This document shows, piece by piece, positions 27,539 through 36,034 of a stretch of 53,703 bases of DNA. The DNA lies in IMG/VR virus record IMGVR_UViG_3300036719_001675, positions 1 through 53,703 of that record; one strand, given 5' to 3'. The DNA comes from a virus (taxonomy: Duplodnaviria > Caudoviricetes). The stretch's first letter is position 1; each line of letters starts with the position of its first letter. The translations under genes were made by a program, and so were the position numbers. The notes under the pieces are model-generated. The model did not search any database. It saw only the letters and a program-made list of their open reading frames with translations, and was not told the DNA's origin.

Positions 27539-27788
27539 TAACAAAATTGTCTTAGTCGTTTGGCATGATGCTCATGCAGATTCTTCAGGAACATGGGTTG
27601 AAAAAGAAAATATCGGCAATAACCCATACATTGTAGAGACTTGTGGGTTCTTGATTGAAGATGTAAAACCTAACCATGTAACCATTGCACAGACGATCTC
27701 ACATGACGGAATGTATGACCACATTATTCACATTCCCGACGCTATGGTCGTATCAAAGAAAACGATCAGCACTAAAGGCGATCATTGA
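27507..27788 (+). CDS. Conserved phage hypothetical protein
   Basis: AGGAG SD; VVWHDA..W..ETCGFL..IP pattern. Confidence 0.7.
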   Translation: MATKKNTTKIDNKIVLVVWHDAHADSSGTWVEKENIGNNPYIVETCGFLIEDVKPNHVTIAQTISHDGMYDHIIHIPDAMVVSKKTISTKGDH

Positions 27789-27823
27789 TTGCTCTAGCAA
27801 CGCCAATACATTTAATGTAATCT
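27789..27823 (+). promoter_or_regulatory. Putative late promoter (protease operon)
   Basis: TTGCTC-TAGCAA-N17-TAATCT. Confidence 0.55.
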
Positions 27824-27846
27824 GAACCTAAGTAACAGGAGATGCA

Positions 27847-28371
27847 ATGGAAGCACAGATTACAAAAATAGATGATGATAAGCGCCTCGTATTTGGTTGG
27901 GCTTCAATTATCAAAGATGTAGAAGGAAAAGTCCTACTTGATCGCCAAAACGACTACATTGACTCTGAAGAAGAATTAGAAAAAGCCGCCTATTCGTATG
28001 TTCTAAATTCCCGTGATGGTGGAGAAATGCACATTCGTAAGGGTGTTTCAACAATGGTTGAATCGGTTGTTTTCAGCAAAGAAAAGCAAGAGGCAATGGG
28101 TATCCCTTCTGGCTCAATGCCCGTTGGTTGGTGGATTGGTTTCCGAGTCAATGATGAACGGGTATGGGAAGAAGTCAAAAAGGGTCAGTATTCAGGATTC
28201 TCTGTACACGGGACTGGTCAACGAAACCAAAACATTCTAAAAGACGGTGAATATACCGAAATTGAAAAGAATGATGAAGTGCAGGAAGAGAAATTTGACG
28301 GTGTTCGTGTTTCTAAAAAACTTTTGATGACATTGACCAAGGCACAAAAGAACAAGAGCAAAGACAAGTGA
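27847..28371 (+). CDS. XkdF-like prohead serine protease
   Basis: KIDDDKRLVFGWAS, DRQND, GEMH, VES, GWWIG, GFSVHG. Confidence 0.88.
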   Translation: MEAQITKIDDDKRLVFGWASIIKDVEGKVLLDRQNDYIDSEEELEKAAYSYVLNSRDGGEMHIRKGVSTMVESVVFSKEKQEAMGIPSGSMPVGWWIGFRVNDERVWEEVKKGQYSGFSVHGTGQRNQNILKDGEYTEIEKNDEVQEEKFDGVRVSKKLLMTLTKAQKNKSKDK

Positions 28372-28376
28372 TCTAA

Positions 28377-31091
28377 GTGGGAATTTCAAAAGACAACCCG
28401 ACTTCTTCTGATGTTCATGTAGACGCAATTATGGGAGCAGTTAAGAATTCTGCCATGACAAGTAAAAAGCGACGCTTGAAGAAAAAGCGTATGGCTATGG
28501 ATATGTCTCTTAAGAAGGGTGACTTTGTAGGACACCCATTCCGAGGTAACCAGTGGACTAGGGGAATGGGCGTAAGTCGTATGGCAGGGCGATCAGCACC
28601 AAAAGACCCAACCGCAGGTGCTCAAGGTGGTGGAAGTGGCGTAGTTAACCCAACAGTTAAAATTACCAATGATAGACCTCTTGGTTTTCGTGAAGCAGGA
28701 TTGCCAGCACACGGAAGAAAAACAGGAACGGCTGTTGACGATCTCTTAACTATGGGCGCTAAAGATAGTACACAAGCGTCAGAAGGTCGTTCTTTATACA
28801 GAGACACTCAAAGTATGCTTGACACTGTTCACCGAAATTTAACGCAAGTACAAAGTAATGTTCTTTCTCTTAAGCGTAGACCAGACCAACCAGATAGCGA
28901 ACTCTTAGGAATTCGTAACAGAAGTCTATTGGCTGAAGTAAATTCAATTCAGGCTAAGTTACGGGCGCAAGAAGCAGAGTCTTTGGCTACAGCAGCGCGT
29001 GGTTCAAGAAAAATTCAAGCACAAGACTATGGCGCAAGTTCAGAACTTCAAGCACAACAAGCAGGAGCAGTTAATAGTGCTGCAAAAAAGGCACTATATC
29101 TTGGCGATGTAAACAAGCGGTTAGACTCATTCTTAAAAGAATTTAAAGGTAGCCCTGACGCTTTATTTTCTAAAGAATCAGCAGAAGTAACTACTAAGAG
29201 AACAAAAGGGGCTTCCCCCACTAATGAAGTAACACGCAAGTTACCTTCTGCTACTGTTACTCACCCAGACCTTGAAAATCCTTCTTCGCCAATGTGGAAG
29301 CAAAAAGTTCTAGGAGAAATGAAGTCTGTTTCTGCTACTGTTCAATCAGGTGGCGAAACTTATAGGGTTGACGGTATTCACCCAATCATTGCAGGAGTAT
29401 CACCAAAAGTTAAGTTTACCCCTGCGCTTATTAAAGAATTACAAGGTTTGTCTTTTGCTCAACAATCAATGATTACATCTGGTCATACAAGCACTGCCTC
29501 AATGATGGCAGAAATTAAAGCAATTAAAGCGAAAAAAGTTAAAGCAGGTTCTAATGCAGACAATGGAGAAGGTTTCAGCCTGACTACTGACCTTATGCTT
29601 AAACATAAAACAAAAGCACGAAAAGACGAAGAGTGGGATTCTTTAACTGAACCAGAAAAAAGAAGGTATGTAGACGCACCTGAGCATATGTCTCACGATG
29701 TTGCTATGCAATTAGCAATAGGTGTAAGGGGCGCTTTTGACCAACATTGGACACCGTTATCTGCTGGAGAAGTTGTCGTTAGTAGAACTGTTAGTAAGCC
29801 ATATGAAGCAAGTGCTCAAGAACTGCTTGGTAAGGGCGACTTCATTGGTCACCCATTTCGTGGTAACCAATGGGTTAGAGGTCGTGGTGGAATGGGTATT
29901 GGGGGAATGGTTGGTCGTGCCGCACCTAAAGACCCAACGAGTGGTTTTCAAGGTGGTGGCAGTGGAAAAGTAGCAAAGCCAAAGAAAACAAAAGAGGAAA
30001 AAGATGCGGAATGGGAATCACTAAACAATAAAGGTAAGATCATATATAGCGAGGCTCCTCAAGATTACAGCCACGATCAAGCGATGATGTTGGCTCGTAT
30101 GCCTCGCCGTGTTGTTAATAGGGGTCTTAGTGAAGCACAAACAAGGGAATACTGTAGCCTTTCACCAAGAGAAGGTGCTCACTATGAATACGCCAGTGCA
30201 AGCCGTTCTCATGCCAGCATTATGGCGGATATTAAAGCAGGGAAACCAGTTCGTGAACCTGCCGCTGGAATGAAGAGAGCAACCCCAGCAGACATTGCCC
30301 GTATCAGAAAAGAAGGTGTAGTTGTTGCTCCTGCATGGTCTGAAGTTCATGTGGCTAAGTCAAAATCTAGCAGGCTACAAGTGACAGGAATTGATGAGAA
30401 GGGGCGTGTTCAATCTGGCTATTCCAAAGCACACAAAGAACAGACTTCTAAAGCAAAGTTTGCTCAAGTAGCAGATGTTGAAAAAACACTGACTAAGTTA
30501 GATTCAGCACTAAAGCGTGATGTAGCGGCTGGAAAAGACGAGGCAGTTGCTTGTTTATTGATTCGCAAGATGGGCTTGAGACCAGGAGGTACTGGCGATA
30601 CTGGTGGTGCAGAAACAGCGTTTGGTGCTACTACTCTTCAACGCCGTCATGTTACCGTTCGTGGCAATACGACTACATTTGAATTCACAGGTAAAAAAGG
30701 CGTGAAGATTAAACTCGTTTCTAGAGACCCTGAAATTGCTAAGGCAATGACTGCACAGTTGGCAAAAGGTAAGCGTGGCGGTGACTCCCCACTATTTGAA
30801 TCTTCGGCAACTAAAGTGAATCAGTATTTGAAGCAGAACACTAGCCAAGACTTTAGCCTCAAAGACTTACGAACTGCATTGGCAACACGACAGGCTTTTG
30901 CATTGCTAAGATCAGCACCAGCACCGACTACGATGAAAGAAGCAAGAGCATTGCGTATGTCTATCGGTAAAGAAGTGGCACAGTTACTAGGAAATACGCC
31001 GAACATGGCACTTACCTCTTACATCAACCCCACGATCTTTGCTGGATTAGTCAAGCAATTCGGACCGCTTACAGGAAAGGCTAAATCGTGA
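28377..31091 (+). CDS. Putative internal virion polyprotein: capsid-like N-peptide, two GHPFRGNQW units, C-terminal type IB DNA topoisomerase
   Basis: TopIB motifs PAWSEV, LQVTGIDEKGRVQ, GLRPG, GATTL, FTGKKG, KDLRT, LGNTP..SYINP (about 30270-31091). Confidence 0.88.
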   Translation: MGISKDNPTSSDVHVDAIMGAVKNSAMTSKKRRLKKKRMAMDMSLKKGDFVGHPFRGNQWTRGMGVSRMAGRSAPKDPTAGAQGGGSGVVNPTVKITNDRPLGFREAGLPAHGRKTGTAVDDLLTMGAKDSTQASEGRSLYRDTQSMLDTVHRNLTQVQSNVLSLKRRPDQPDSELLGIRNRSLLAEVNSIQAKLRAQEAESLATAARGSRKIQAQDYGASSELQAQQAGAVNSAAKKALYLGDVNKRLDSFLKEFKGSPDALFSKESAEVTTKRTKGASPTNEVTRKLPSATVTHPDLENPSSPMWKQKVLGEMKSVSATVQSGGETYRVDGIHPIIAGVSPKVKFTPALIKELQGLSFAQQSMITSGHTSTASMMAEIKAIKAKKVKAGSNADNGEGFSLTTDLMLKHKTKARKDEEWDSLTEPEKRRYVDAPEHMSHDVAMQLAIGVRGAFDQHWTPLSAGEVVVSRTVSKPYEASAQELLGKGDFIGHPFRGNQWVRGRGGMGIGGMVGRAAPKDPTSGFQGGGSGKVAKPKKTKEEKDAEWESLNNKGKIIYSEAPQDYSHDQAMMLARMPRRVVNRGLSEAQTREYCSLSPREGAHYEYASASRSHASIMADIKAGKPVREPAAGMKRATPADIARIRKEGVVVAPAWSEVHVAKSKSSRLQVTGIDEKGRVQSGYSKAHKEQTSKAKFAQVADVEKTLTKLDSALKRDVAAGKDEAVACLLIRKMGLRPGGTGDTGGAETAFGATTLQRRHVTVRGNTTTFEFTGKKGVKIKLVSRDPEIAKAMTAQLAKGKRGGDSPLFESSATKVNQYLKQNTSQDFSLKDLRTALATRQAFALLRSAPAPTTMKEARALRMSIGKEVAQLLGNTPNMALTSYINPTIFAGLVKQFGPLTGKAKS

Positions 31092-32332
31092 TTGAATTTA
31101 CTCCACGCACAGAAGAAGAAGAAGCACAACTTACCGCAGACATGAAGGCTTTCTTTGAGACTATTCAGGATAGTGACATTGAAGTTGATGAATGGTTAGG
31201 CGATGAATACAGTGAAGAAGACGATGGAGAGAATGGCGAAGAACTAGGCGACATTGGCGAAATGGTTGGTATCACCAAAGCCCAACCATTGAAAGACCCT
31301 AAAGGTGGTCTCACTGCCGCTGGTCGTGCTAAGTACAATCGTGAAACTGGTTCTAACTTGAAGCCTGGAGTTACTGGTGCGGCAGATACGCCTGAAAAAA
31401 TGCGCCGTAAAGGTTCTTTCCTTACTCGCTTCTTCACAAACCCAAGCGGTCCAATGGTTAATGATAAAGGCGAACCAACACGCCTAGCATTATCAGCAAA
31501 CGCATGGGGAGAACCAGTTCCGAAGAATCGTAGCGATGCCGCCAAACTTGCCGCAAAGGGAAGAAGCCTCTTGGCTAGATACGAAAATGTAAAAAAAGGC
31601 GATTATGTAGGACACCCTTTTAGGGGAAATCAGCACACTCGTGTTGCTATTGCCGCAAGAACAAAAGAAATAATGGGGCTTTTAACTAAAAAAGCAGGGG
31701 AGCAAGTTGCAAATGGTCTAAAGCCTTTAGTGGAAGCAGCAGTAGAAGAATTTCAGATAAATGGTGCTTCAAATGAACCTCTTCTAGTCAATGGCAAAAA
31801 AGTTTCTATGGGCGGTCAAGTAGTTACTACCGCTGGTTTTTTAGACCTGCTTGTTAATGAGGTAGGAATGAAAGCAGTGTTTGGTCGTGATTTTTCAGCA
31901 GGTGATTTCAAAGAAGGCGAGAAGTTCCTTAAAAAAGGTGGCGGTCTTACCCAATGGTTTGACGAGAAGTGGGTTGACATTTCACGACCAAAAGAAGGCG
32001 GTGGCTACGAACCTTGTGGTCGCCCTGATGCTCATAAAGGTCATTATCCTAAATGTGTACCTGCCGCCCGTGCAGAAAGAATGACTCCTGAACAAATTAA
32101 GTCTGCCATTAGTCGTAAGCGTCGTGCAGAATCAAAAACGGTACGCCAAGACAAAAAGCCAATTATGGTTGAGACCATTAAAAAGGAAAATATTCCTGTA
32201 AATACTGAACTTTACAACAAAGTAAAGGCAGAGGCTAAAGCAAAATTTGATGTTTACCCATCTGCTTACGCCAATGGTTGGTTGGTTCAAGAGTACAAGC
32301 GTCGTGGTGGCAAATATAAAACTTCCGAATAA
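31088..32332 (+). CDS. Putative internal virion polyprotein (DUF6321-like, GHPFRGNQH unit, DUF5872-like modules)
   Basis: KDPKGGLTAAGR..NLKPGV; GLTQWFDEKWVD..CGR..YPKCVP; LYNKVKAEAK..PSAYANGWLVQEYKRRGG. Confidence 0.8.
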   Translation: MIEFTPRTEEEEAQLTADMKAFFETIQDSDIEVDEWLGDEYSEEDDGENGEELGDIGEMVGITKAQPLKDPKGGLTAAGRAKYNRETGSNLKPGVTGAADTPEKMRRKGSFLTRFFTNPSGPMVNDKGEPTRLALSANAWGEPVPKNRSDAAKLAAKGRSLLARYENVKKGDYVGHPFRGNQHTRVAIAARTKEIMGLLTKKAGEQVANGLKPLVEAAVEEFQINGASNEPLLVNGKKVSMGGQVVTTAGFLDLLVNEVGMKAVFGRDFSAGDFKEGEKFLKKGGGLTQWFDEKWVDISRPKEGGGYEPCGRPDAHKGHYPKCVPAARAERMTPEQIKSAISRKRRAESKTVRQDKKPIMVETIKKENIPVNTELYNKVKAEAKAKFDVYPSAYANGWLVQEYKRRGGKYKTSE

Positions 32333-32367
32333 TTTGGGAGAGTAATAAAAAAATATTTGTCAAATAC

Positions 32368-32396
32368 TTGTACTGACCTGTTCTAGTTGGTATCTT
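32368..32396 (+). promoter_or_regulatory. Putative promoter for the scaffold/capsid operon
   Basis: TTGTAC-N17-TATCTT with TG extension and an upstream AT-rich tract. Confidence 0.5.
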
Positions 32397-32405
32397 TGCT
32401 CTGTA

Positions 32406-33293
32406 ATGAATCGGTTGACTGATATGGAATTTGACGAGATTAGTCTTGTTACTCGCCCTGCCAATCAATTGAGTAAAGTGGTACTTTTCAAAAGCGACGA
32501 ACAACAGGAGCAATCAGTGACTACTGAAGTTGACAAAGGTTACGGAAAAATGGGCATGAAGAAGAAAATGAAGCCCATGACCGACGAAGAAATTATGGCT
32601 ATGTCCGAAGAGGAAATTGCTGCTATGGAAGACGAAGAGCCTATGAAAAAGGGTTCGGGTATGAAGCGTCGTGGTCGCCCAGTTCGTAAAGACGACGACC
32701 TTGATGAAGAAACCTCAGAAGATGTTATTGATCTTCCGAACGAAGTTTTTGAATACATTTCAGCACTTGAATCTGCAAATGCAGAACTCCTTGACCAAGT
32801 TGAAAAACTGGCTAAAAGCGTTGAAGTTGTTGCCGAAGAAGAAGACATTATGAAGTCGGCAGACCCTCAGATCGTGGCACTCGTCAAGTCTTTTGAAGAA
32901 CGAGCAAAAGCCGCAGAAACCATTGCTAAGTCGGAACGAGATTTCCGTCTTGAGCGTGAATTTGTTAGCAAGGCTTCTACCCTTAACGCATTGCCAATTG
33001 AATCTGATTCATTCGGTAAGGTTCTCAAGGGTGTTGCCGAATCAGTTTCTAGTGAACAGTTCAAGGTGCTTTGGGAAGTTCTCAGTGCCGCTAACTCGGC
33101 GCTTGCCGAAAGCAACCTTTTCACTGAAGTGGGCAAGTCGGGTGACTTTGACAATGATGGAGCAACTAGCCCCATCAACAAAGCCGCAGAACGAATTCTT
33201 GCTACCACACCAAATCTGACTCGCGAGCAGGCAATTGCCAAGGCTTTAGAATCAGACCCCAACCTTTACACAGCCTACTTACGAGGTAACTAA
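32406..33293 (+). CDS. Capsid scaffold protein with N-terminal protease-like EISLV..PAN peptide; internal start at 32517
   Basis: Helical and acidic; many [ILVM]xK[SAGD] sites; AGGAG + GTG at 32517 in frame. Confidence 0.8.
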   Translation: MNRLTDMEFDEISLVTRPANQLSKVVLFKSDEQQEQSVTTEVDKGYGKMGMKKKMKPMTDEEIMAMSEEEIAAMEDEEPMKKGSGMKRRGRPVRKDDDLDEETSEDVIDLPNEVFEYISALESANAELLDQVEKLAKSVEVVAEEEDIMKSADPQIVALVKSFEERAKAAETIAKSERDFRLEREFVSKASTLNALPIESDSFGKVLKGVAESVSSEQFKVLWEVLSAANSALAESNLFTEVGKSGDFDNDGATSPINKAAERILATTPNLTREQAIAKALESDPNLYTAYLRGN

Positions 33294-33295
33294 TC

Positions 33296-33688
33296 ATGGC
33301 AATTCAAGCGTCACAACCACTTAAAATTTCACTTGTTGCTGGAGCAGACCTTTCTGCCAAGCAGTTTTACTTCGTGAAGTTGAACTCTTCAGGTCAGGCA
33401 GTCGTTTGTGCGGCTGTTACTGACATTCCTGTAGGAATTCTTCAGAACACGCCTGCCTCTGGTTCAGTTGCAGAAGTCACTGTTGTCGGTGTTAGTAAGG
33501 TTTCCTCAGATGCAGGATTGACCGCTGGCAACCAAATTGGTACGAGTGCAGATGGTCAAGCGGCTGCTTATACCGCTGGCACTGACACCACGAAGTACAT
33601 CGTTGGGCAAATGCTCACGACTACTGGAGCAGCCGCTGTAATCGGTACTGCTGTTATTAACTGCGTCGCTCCTAGCCGAGCCGCCTGA
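33296..33688 (+). CDS. Capsid cement/decoration protein (DUF2190-like)
   Basis: AGADLS..QFYFVKL, GILQN, position between scaffold and MCP. Confidence 0.8.
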   Translation: MAIQASQPLKISLVAGADLSAKQFYFVKLNSSGQAVVCAAVTDIPVGILQNTPASGSVAEVTVVGVSKVSSDAGLTAGNQIGTSADGQAAAYTAGTDTTKYIVGQMLTTTGAAAVIGTAVINCVAPSRAA

Positions 33689-33702
33689 TTAGGAGTTAAA
33701 CC

Positions 33703-34662
33703 ATGCCTCAGCCCACATCAACACAGGTTCATGTTGACGCAATCTTGACTAACATCTCGGTTGCTTTCATTCAAGACCAAGGCAATTTCATCGCTAACCA
33801 AGTTTTCCCGACTGTGCCAGTTGAGAAGCAGAGCGACAAGTATTTCAAGTATGCAAAGGGTGACTGGTTCCGTGATGAAGCAGCGCTTCGTGCTCCTGCA
33901 ACCGAATCAGCAGGTTCTGGCTATGGCTTGACCACTGACACCTATAGCACTCTCGTCTATGCTTTCCACAAGGACATTGACGATCAGGTTCGTGCTAACA
34001 GTGACTCGCCGTTGAACCCTGATCGTGACGCTACGCAATTCGTTACCCAGCGTATGCTTCTTCGTCAGGAAATTGACTGGAGTGCCAAGTATTTCACCAC
34101 TGGCATTTGGGCAACCGACAAGGTAGGTTCAACTGACTTCACGCAGTGGAGCAACTACACTTCGTCTGACCCGATTGAAGACATTGAAGCAGGTAAGAGT
34201 ACAATGTTGACAAGCACTGGCTTCATGCCGAACACTCTTGTTCTTGGCTACGATGTGTTCCGTCAATTGCGCCACCACCCTGATGTAGTTGACCGTATCA
34301 AGTACACCTCGTCTGAAGTGCCTGCCGAAGGTATCCTAAGCCGTTTGTTCGGTGTTGATCGTGTTCTCGTTACCCGTGCAATCAAGAACAGTGGCGCTGA
34401 AGGTGCTTCGGATTCGTTTGCTCAGGTTCATGGCAAGAACGCCGCCTTGTACTATGTTGCACCATCACCTGGCTTGCTTACTCCTTCGGCTGGTTACCAG
34501 TTCGCATGGCGTGGCGTAAGCGATGGAATGGGTCAGAACATCGGAATTACTCGCTTCCGTCGCCCAGAACTTCGTGCAGACCGCATTGAGGCTCAAATGG
34601 CTTGGGATTACAAGGTCGTTTCGTCTGATCTTGGGTACTTCTTCAGCAGTTGCGTAGCCTGA
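33703..34662 (+). CDS. Major capsid protein (HK97 fold)
   Basis: HVDAILTNISV, FPTVPV.KQSDKY, PNTLVLG; size and position. Confidence 0.9.
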   Translation: MPQPTSTQVHVDAILTNISVAFIQDQGNFIANQVFPTVPVEKQSDKYFKYAKGDWFRDEAALRAPATESAGSGYGLTTDTYSTLVYAFHKDIDDQVRANSDSPLNPDRDATQFVTQRMLLRQEIDWSAKYFTTGIWATDKVGSTDFTQWSNYTSSDPIEDIEAGKSTMLTSTGFMPNTLVLGYDVFRQLRHHPDVVDRIKYTSSEVPAEGILSRLFGVDRVLVTRAIKNSGAEGASDSFAQVHGKNAALYYVAPSPGLLTPSAGYQFAWRGVSDGMGQNIGITRFRRPELRADRIEAQMAWDYKVVSSDLGYFFSSCVA

Positions 34663-34677
34663 CCTTAGGAGGTCGTA

Positions 34678-35097
34678 ATGAATCGTTTTACTAAAGGTCT
34701 AGGACTTTTCGGTGGGATTGTCTCATCTGGTCCTAGTCGTAACTTAGGTATTCATTCAGTGAAGCGTACTTCGGCAACTGTTGCTGATGGTGCTTCAATG
34801 GTTGCTACTGCTGCTCACATTGTCACGAACACAGTTGTCAGTGCTACGCCTACTACTGGTCGTAACTTGACAACTGCTACTGGTGCTCAAATCATTGCTT
34901 TGTTGCCTGACGCTAATGTTGGCGATTGTACGGAATTCACAGTCGTTAACCTTGCCGCCGCTACTCATGCAATTACTTTGATTGCTGGTGCTTCGGGAGT
35001 AACTATTGTCGGTTCGGCAGTTGTTTCTGCCGCTTCGTCTGGTACTTTCTTGGTTCGTTACGACTCAGCCACAGCGGTTACTTTCATTCGTAAGTAA
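34678..35097 (+). CDS. Putative minor structural/decoration protein
   Basis: AGGAGG SD; Ala/Thr/Val-rich beta protein after the MCP. Confidence 0.65.
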   Translation: MNRFTKGLGLFGGIVSSGPSRNLGIHSVKRTSATVADGASMVATAAHIVTNTVVSATPTTGRNLTTATGAQIIALLPDANVGDCTEFTVVNLAAATHAITLIAGASGVTIVGSAVVSAASSGTFLVRYDSATAVTFIRK

Positions 35098-35102
35098 TCA
35101 CC

Positions 35103-35996
35103 ATGAAAGACCTAGAAGGCTTACGCTTACAGGCGCTTTTATCAATTGCCAAAGGAGACTATGACGGTCACCCTTTTCGTGGCAATCAGTGGACTCGTAG
35201 GGCTAGTCGTGGTCGTGCTGCCCCCAAAGACCCTACTGCTGGCTCTCAAGGTGGCGGTTCTGGTAAAGCCAAACGGCAAGTAGATGAAATAAAAACCGAC
35301 ATTCAACGGTTTGGTGGTGGTGGAGGTATGGCTGCAACGATGTCTCGCCTTGATGCTCTTGATGCTCAGGCTAAAGCATTGTTATCAAAGCCTGCTGTCA
35401 AGATTGACAGTTCTCTTCCAAAAGAATCGCAAGAAGTATTAACAGCCCTAAATAATAGGTTTACTGAGAGAGTTAAGCGTTTTCACCCTAAAGATATACC
35501 TGATATTCAACAAAAAGTTCTTGAAGGTATAGAAGAGGGTAAAAAATGGGTTTCTACAGTTGGCGGTAACGAAGGTTATGTTAAAACTGGTAAAAAAAGA
35601 GCCGACACAGAAATGGATAGCGCTCTTAGCCATCAAGTTGATCGTTTTGCTAAATTCTTAGGAATTCGTGCTGGAATAGAAATTGCATCAGCAAAAAGTG
35701 GTAGCAAATCTTCAACTCGCAAACCTTCAACTCAAAACCCTACAACTCCTAAGCCTGGTTCAGCAGGGTCAACCAAAGAAATTCTAAGGCGAGAAGCCCG
35801 AAGAATATTAGCCGAAGCGCCAACTGCTCCTAAACCTGCTAAAGCGCCAACTGCACCTAAGCCAACTAAGAAGAAGACTAAAAAAGAAAAAGACGCTGAG
35901 TGGGAAGTTCTTACCGCTAAACAAAAGAAAATTTACGAAAAAGCGCCAGCAGATATGTCTCACGACGACGCTATGGCTCTTGCTTTGGGCTTGTAA
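35103..35996 (+). CDS. Putative internal virion protein with GHPFRGNQW tag
   Basis: IAK-GDYDGHPFRGNQW, APKDPTAGSQGGGSG and EW..SHDDAMALA shared with the 904-aa protein. Confidence 0.8.
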   Translation: MKDLEGLRLQALLSIAKGDYDGHPFRGNQWTRRASRGRAAPKDPTAGSQGGGSGKAKRQVDEIKTDIQRFGGGGGMAATMSRLDALDAQAKALLSKPAVKIDSSLPKESQEVLTALNNRFTERVKRFHPKDIPDIQQKVLEGIEEGKKWVSTVGGNEGYVKTGKKRADTEMDSALSHQVDRFAKFLGIRAGIEIASAKSGSKSSTRKPSTQNPTTPKPGSAGSTKEILRREARRILAEAPTAPKPAKAPTAPKPTKKKTKKEKDAEWEVLTAKQKKIYEKAPADMSHDDAMALALGL

Positions 35997-36034
35997 TGCA
36001 CGGTTTCTTCAATGATTGTGCTACACTCTGAATC

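Noticed and set aside
28340-28380. Frameshift or readthrough fusing the protease to the 904-aa protein
   Set aside because: The frames differ and a TAA (28374-28376) directly precedes GTG 28377
30270-31091. Integrase or temperate lifestyle
   Set aside because: Motifs fit TopIB (PAW, KDxRT, GNT..SY) rather than the HxxR integrase pattern; no repressor or att site recognised
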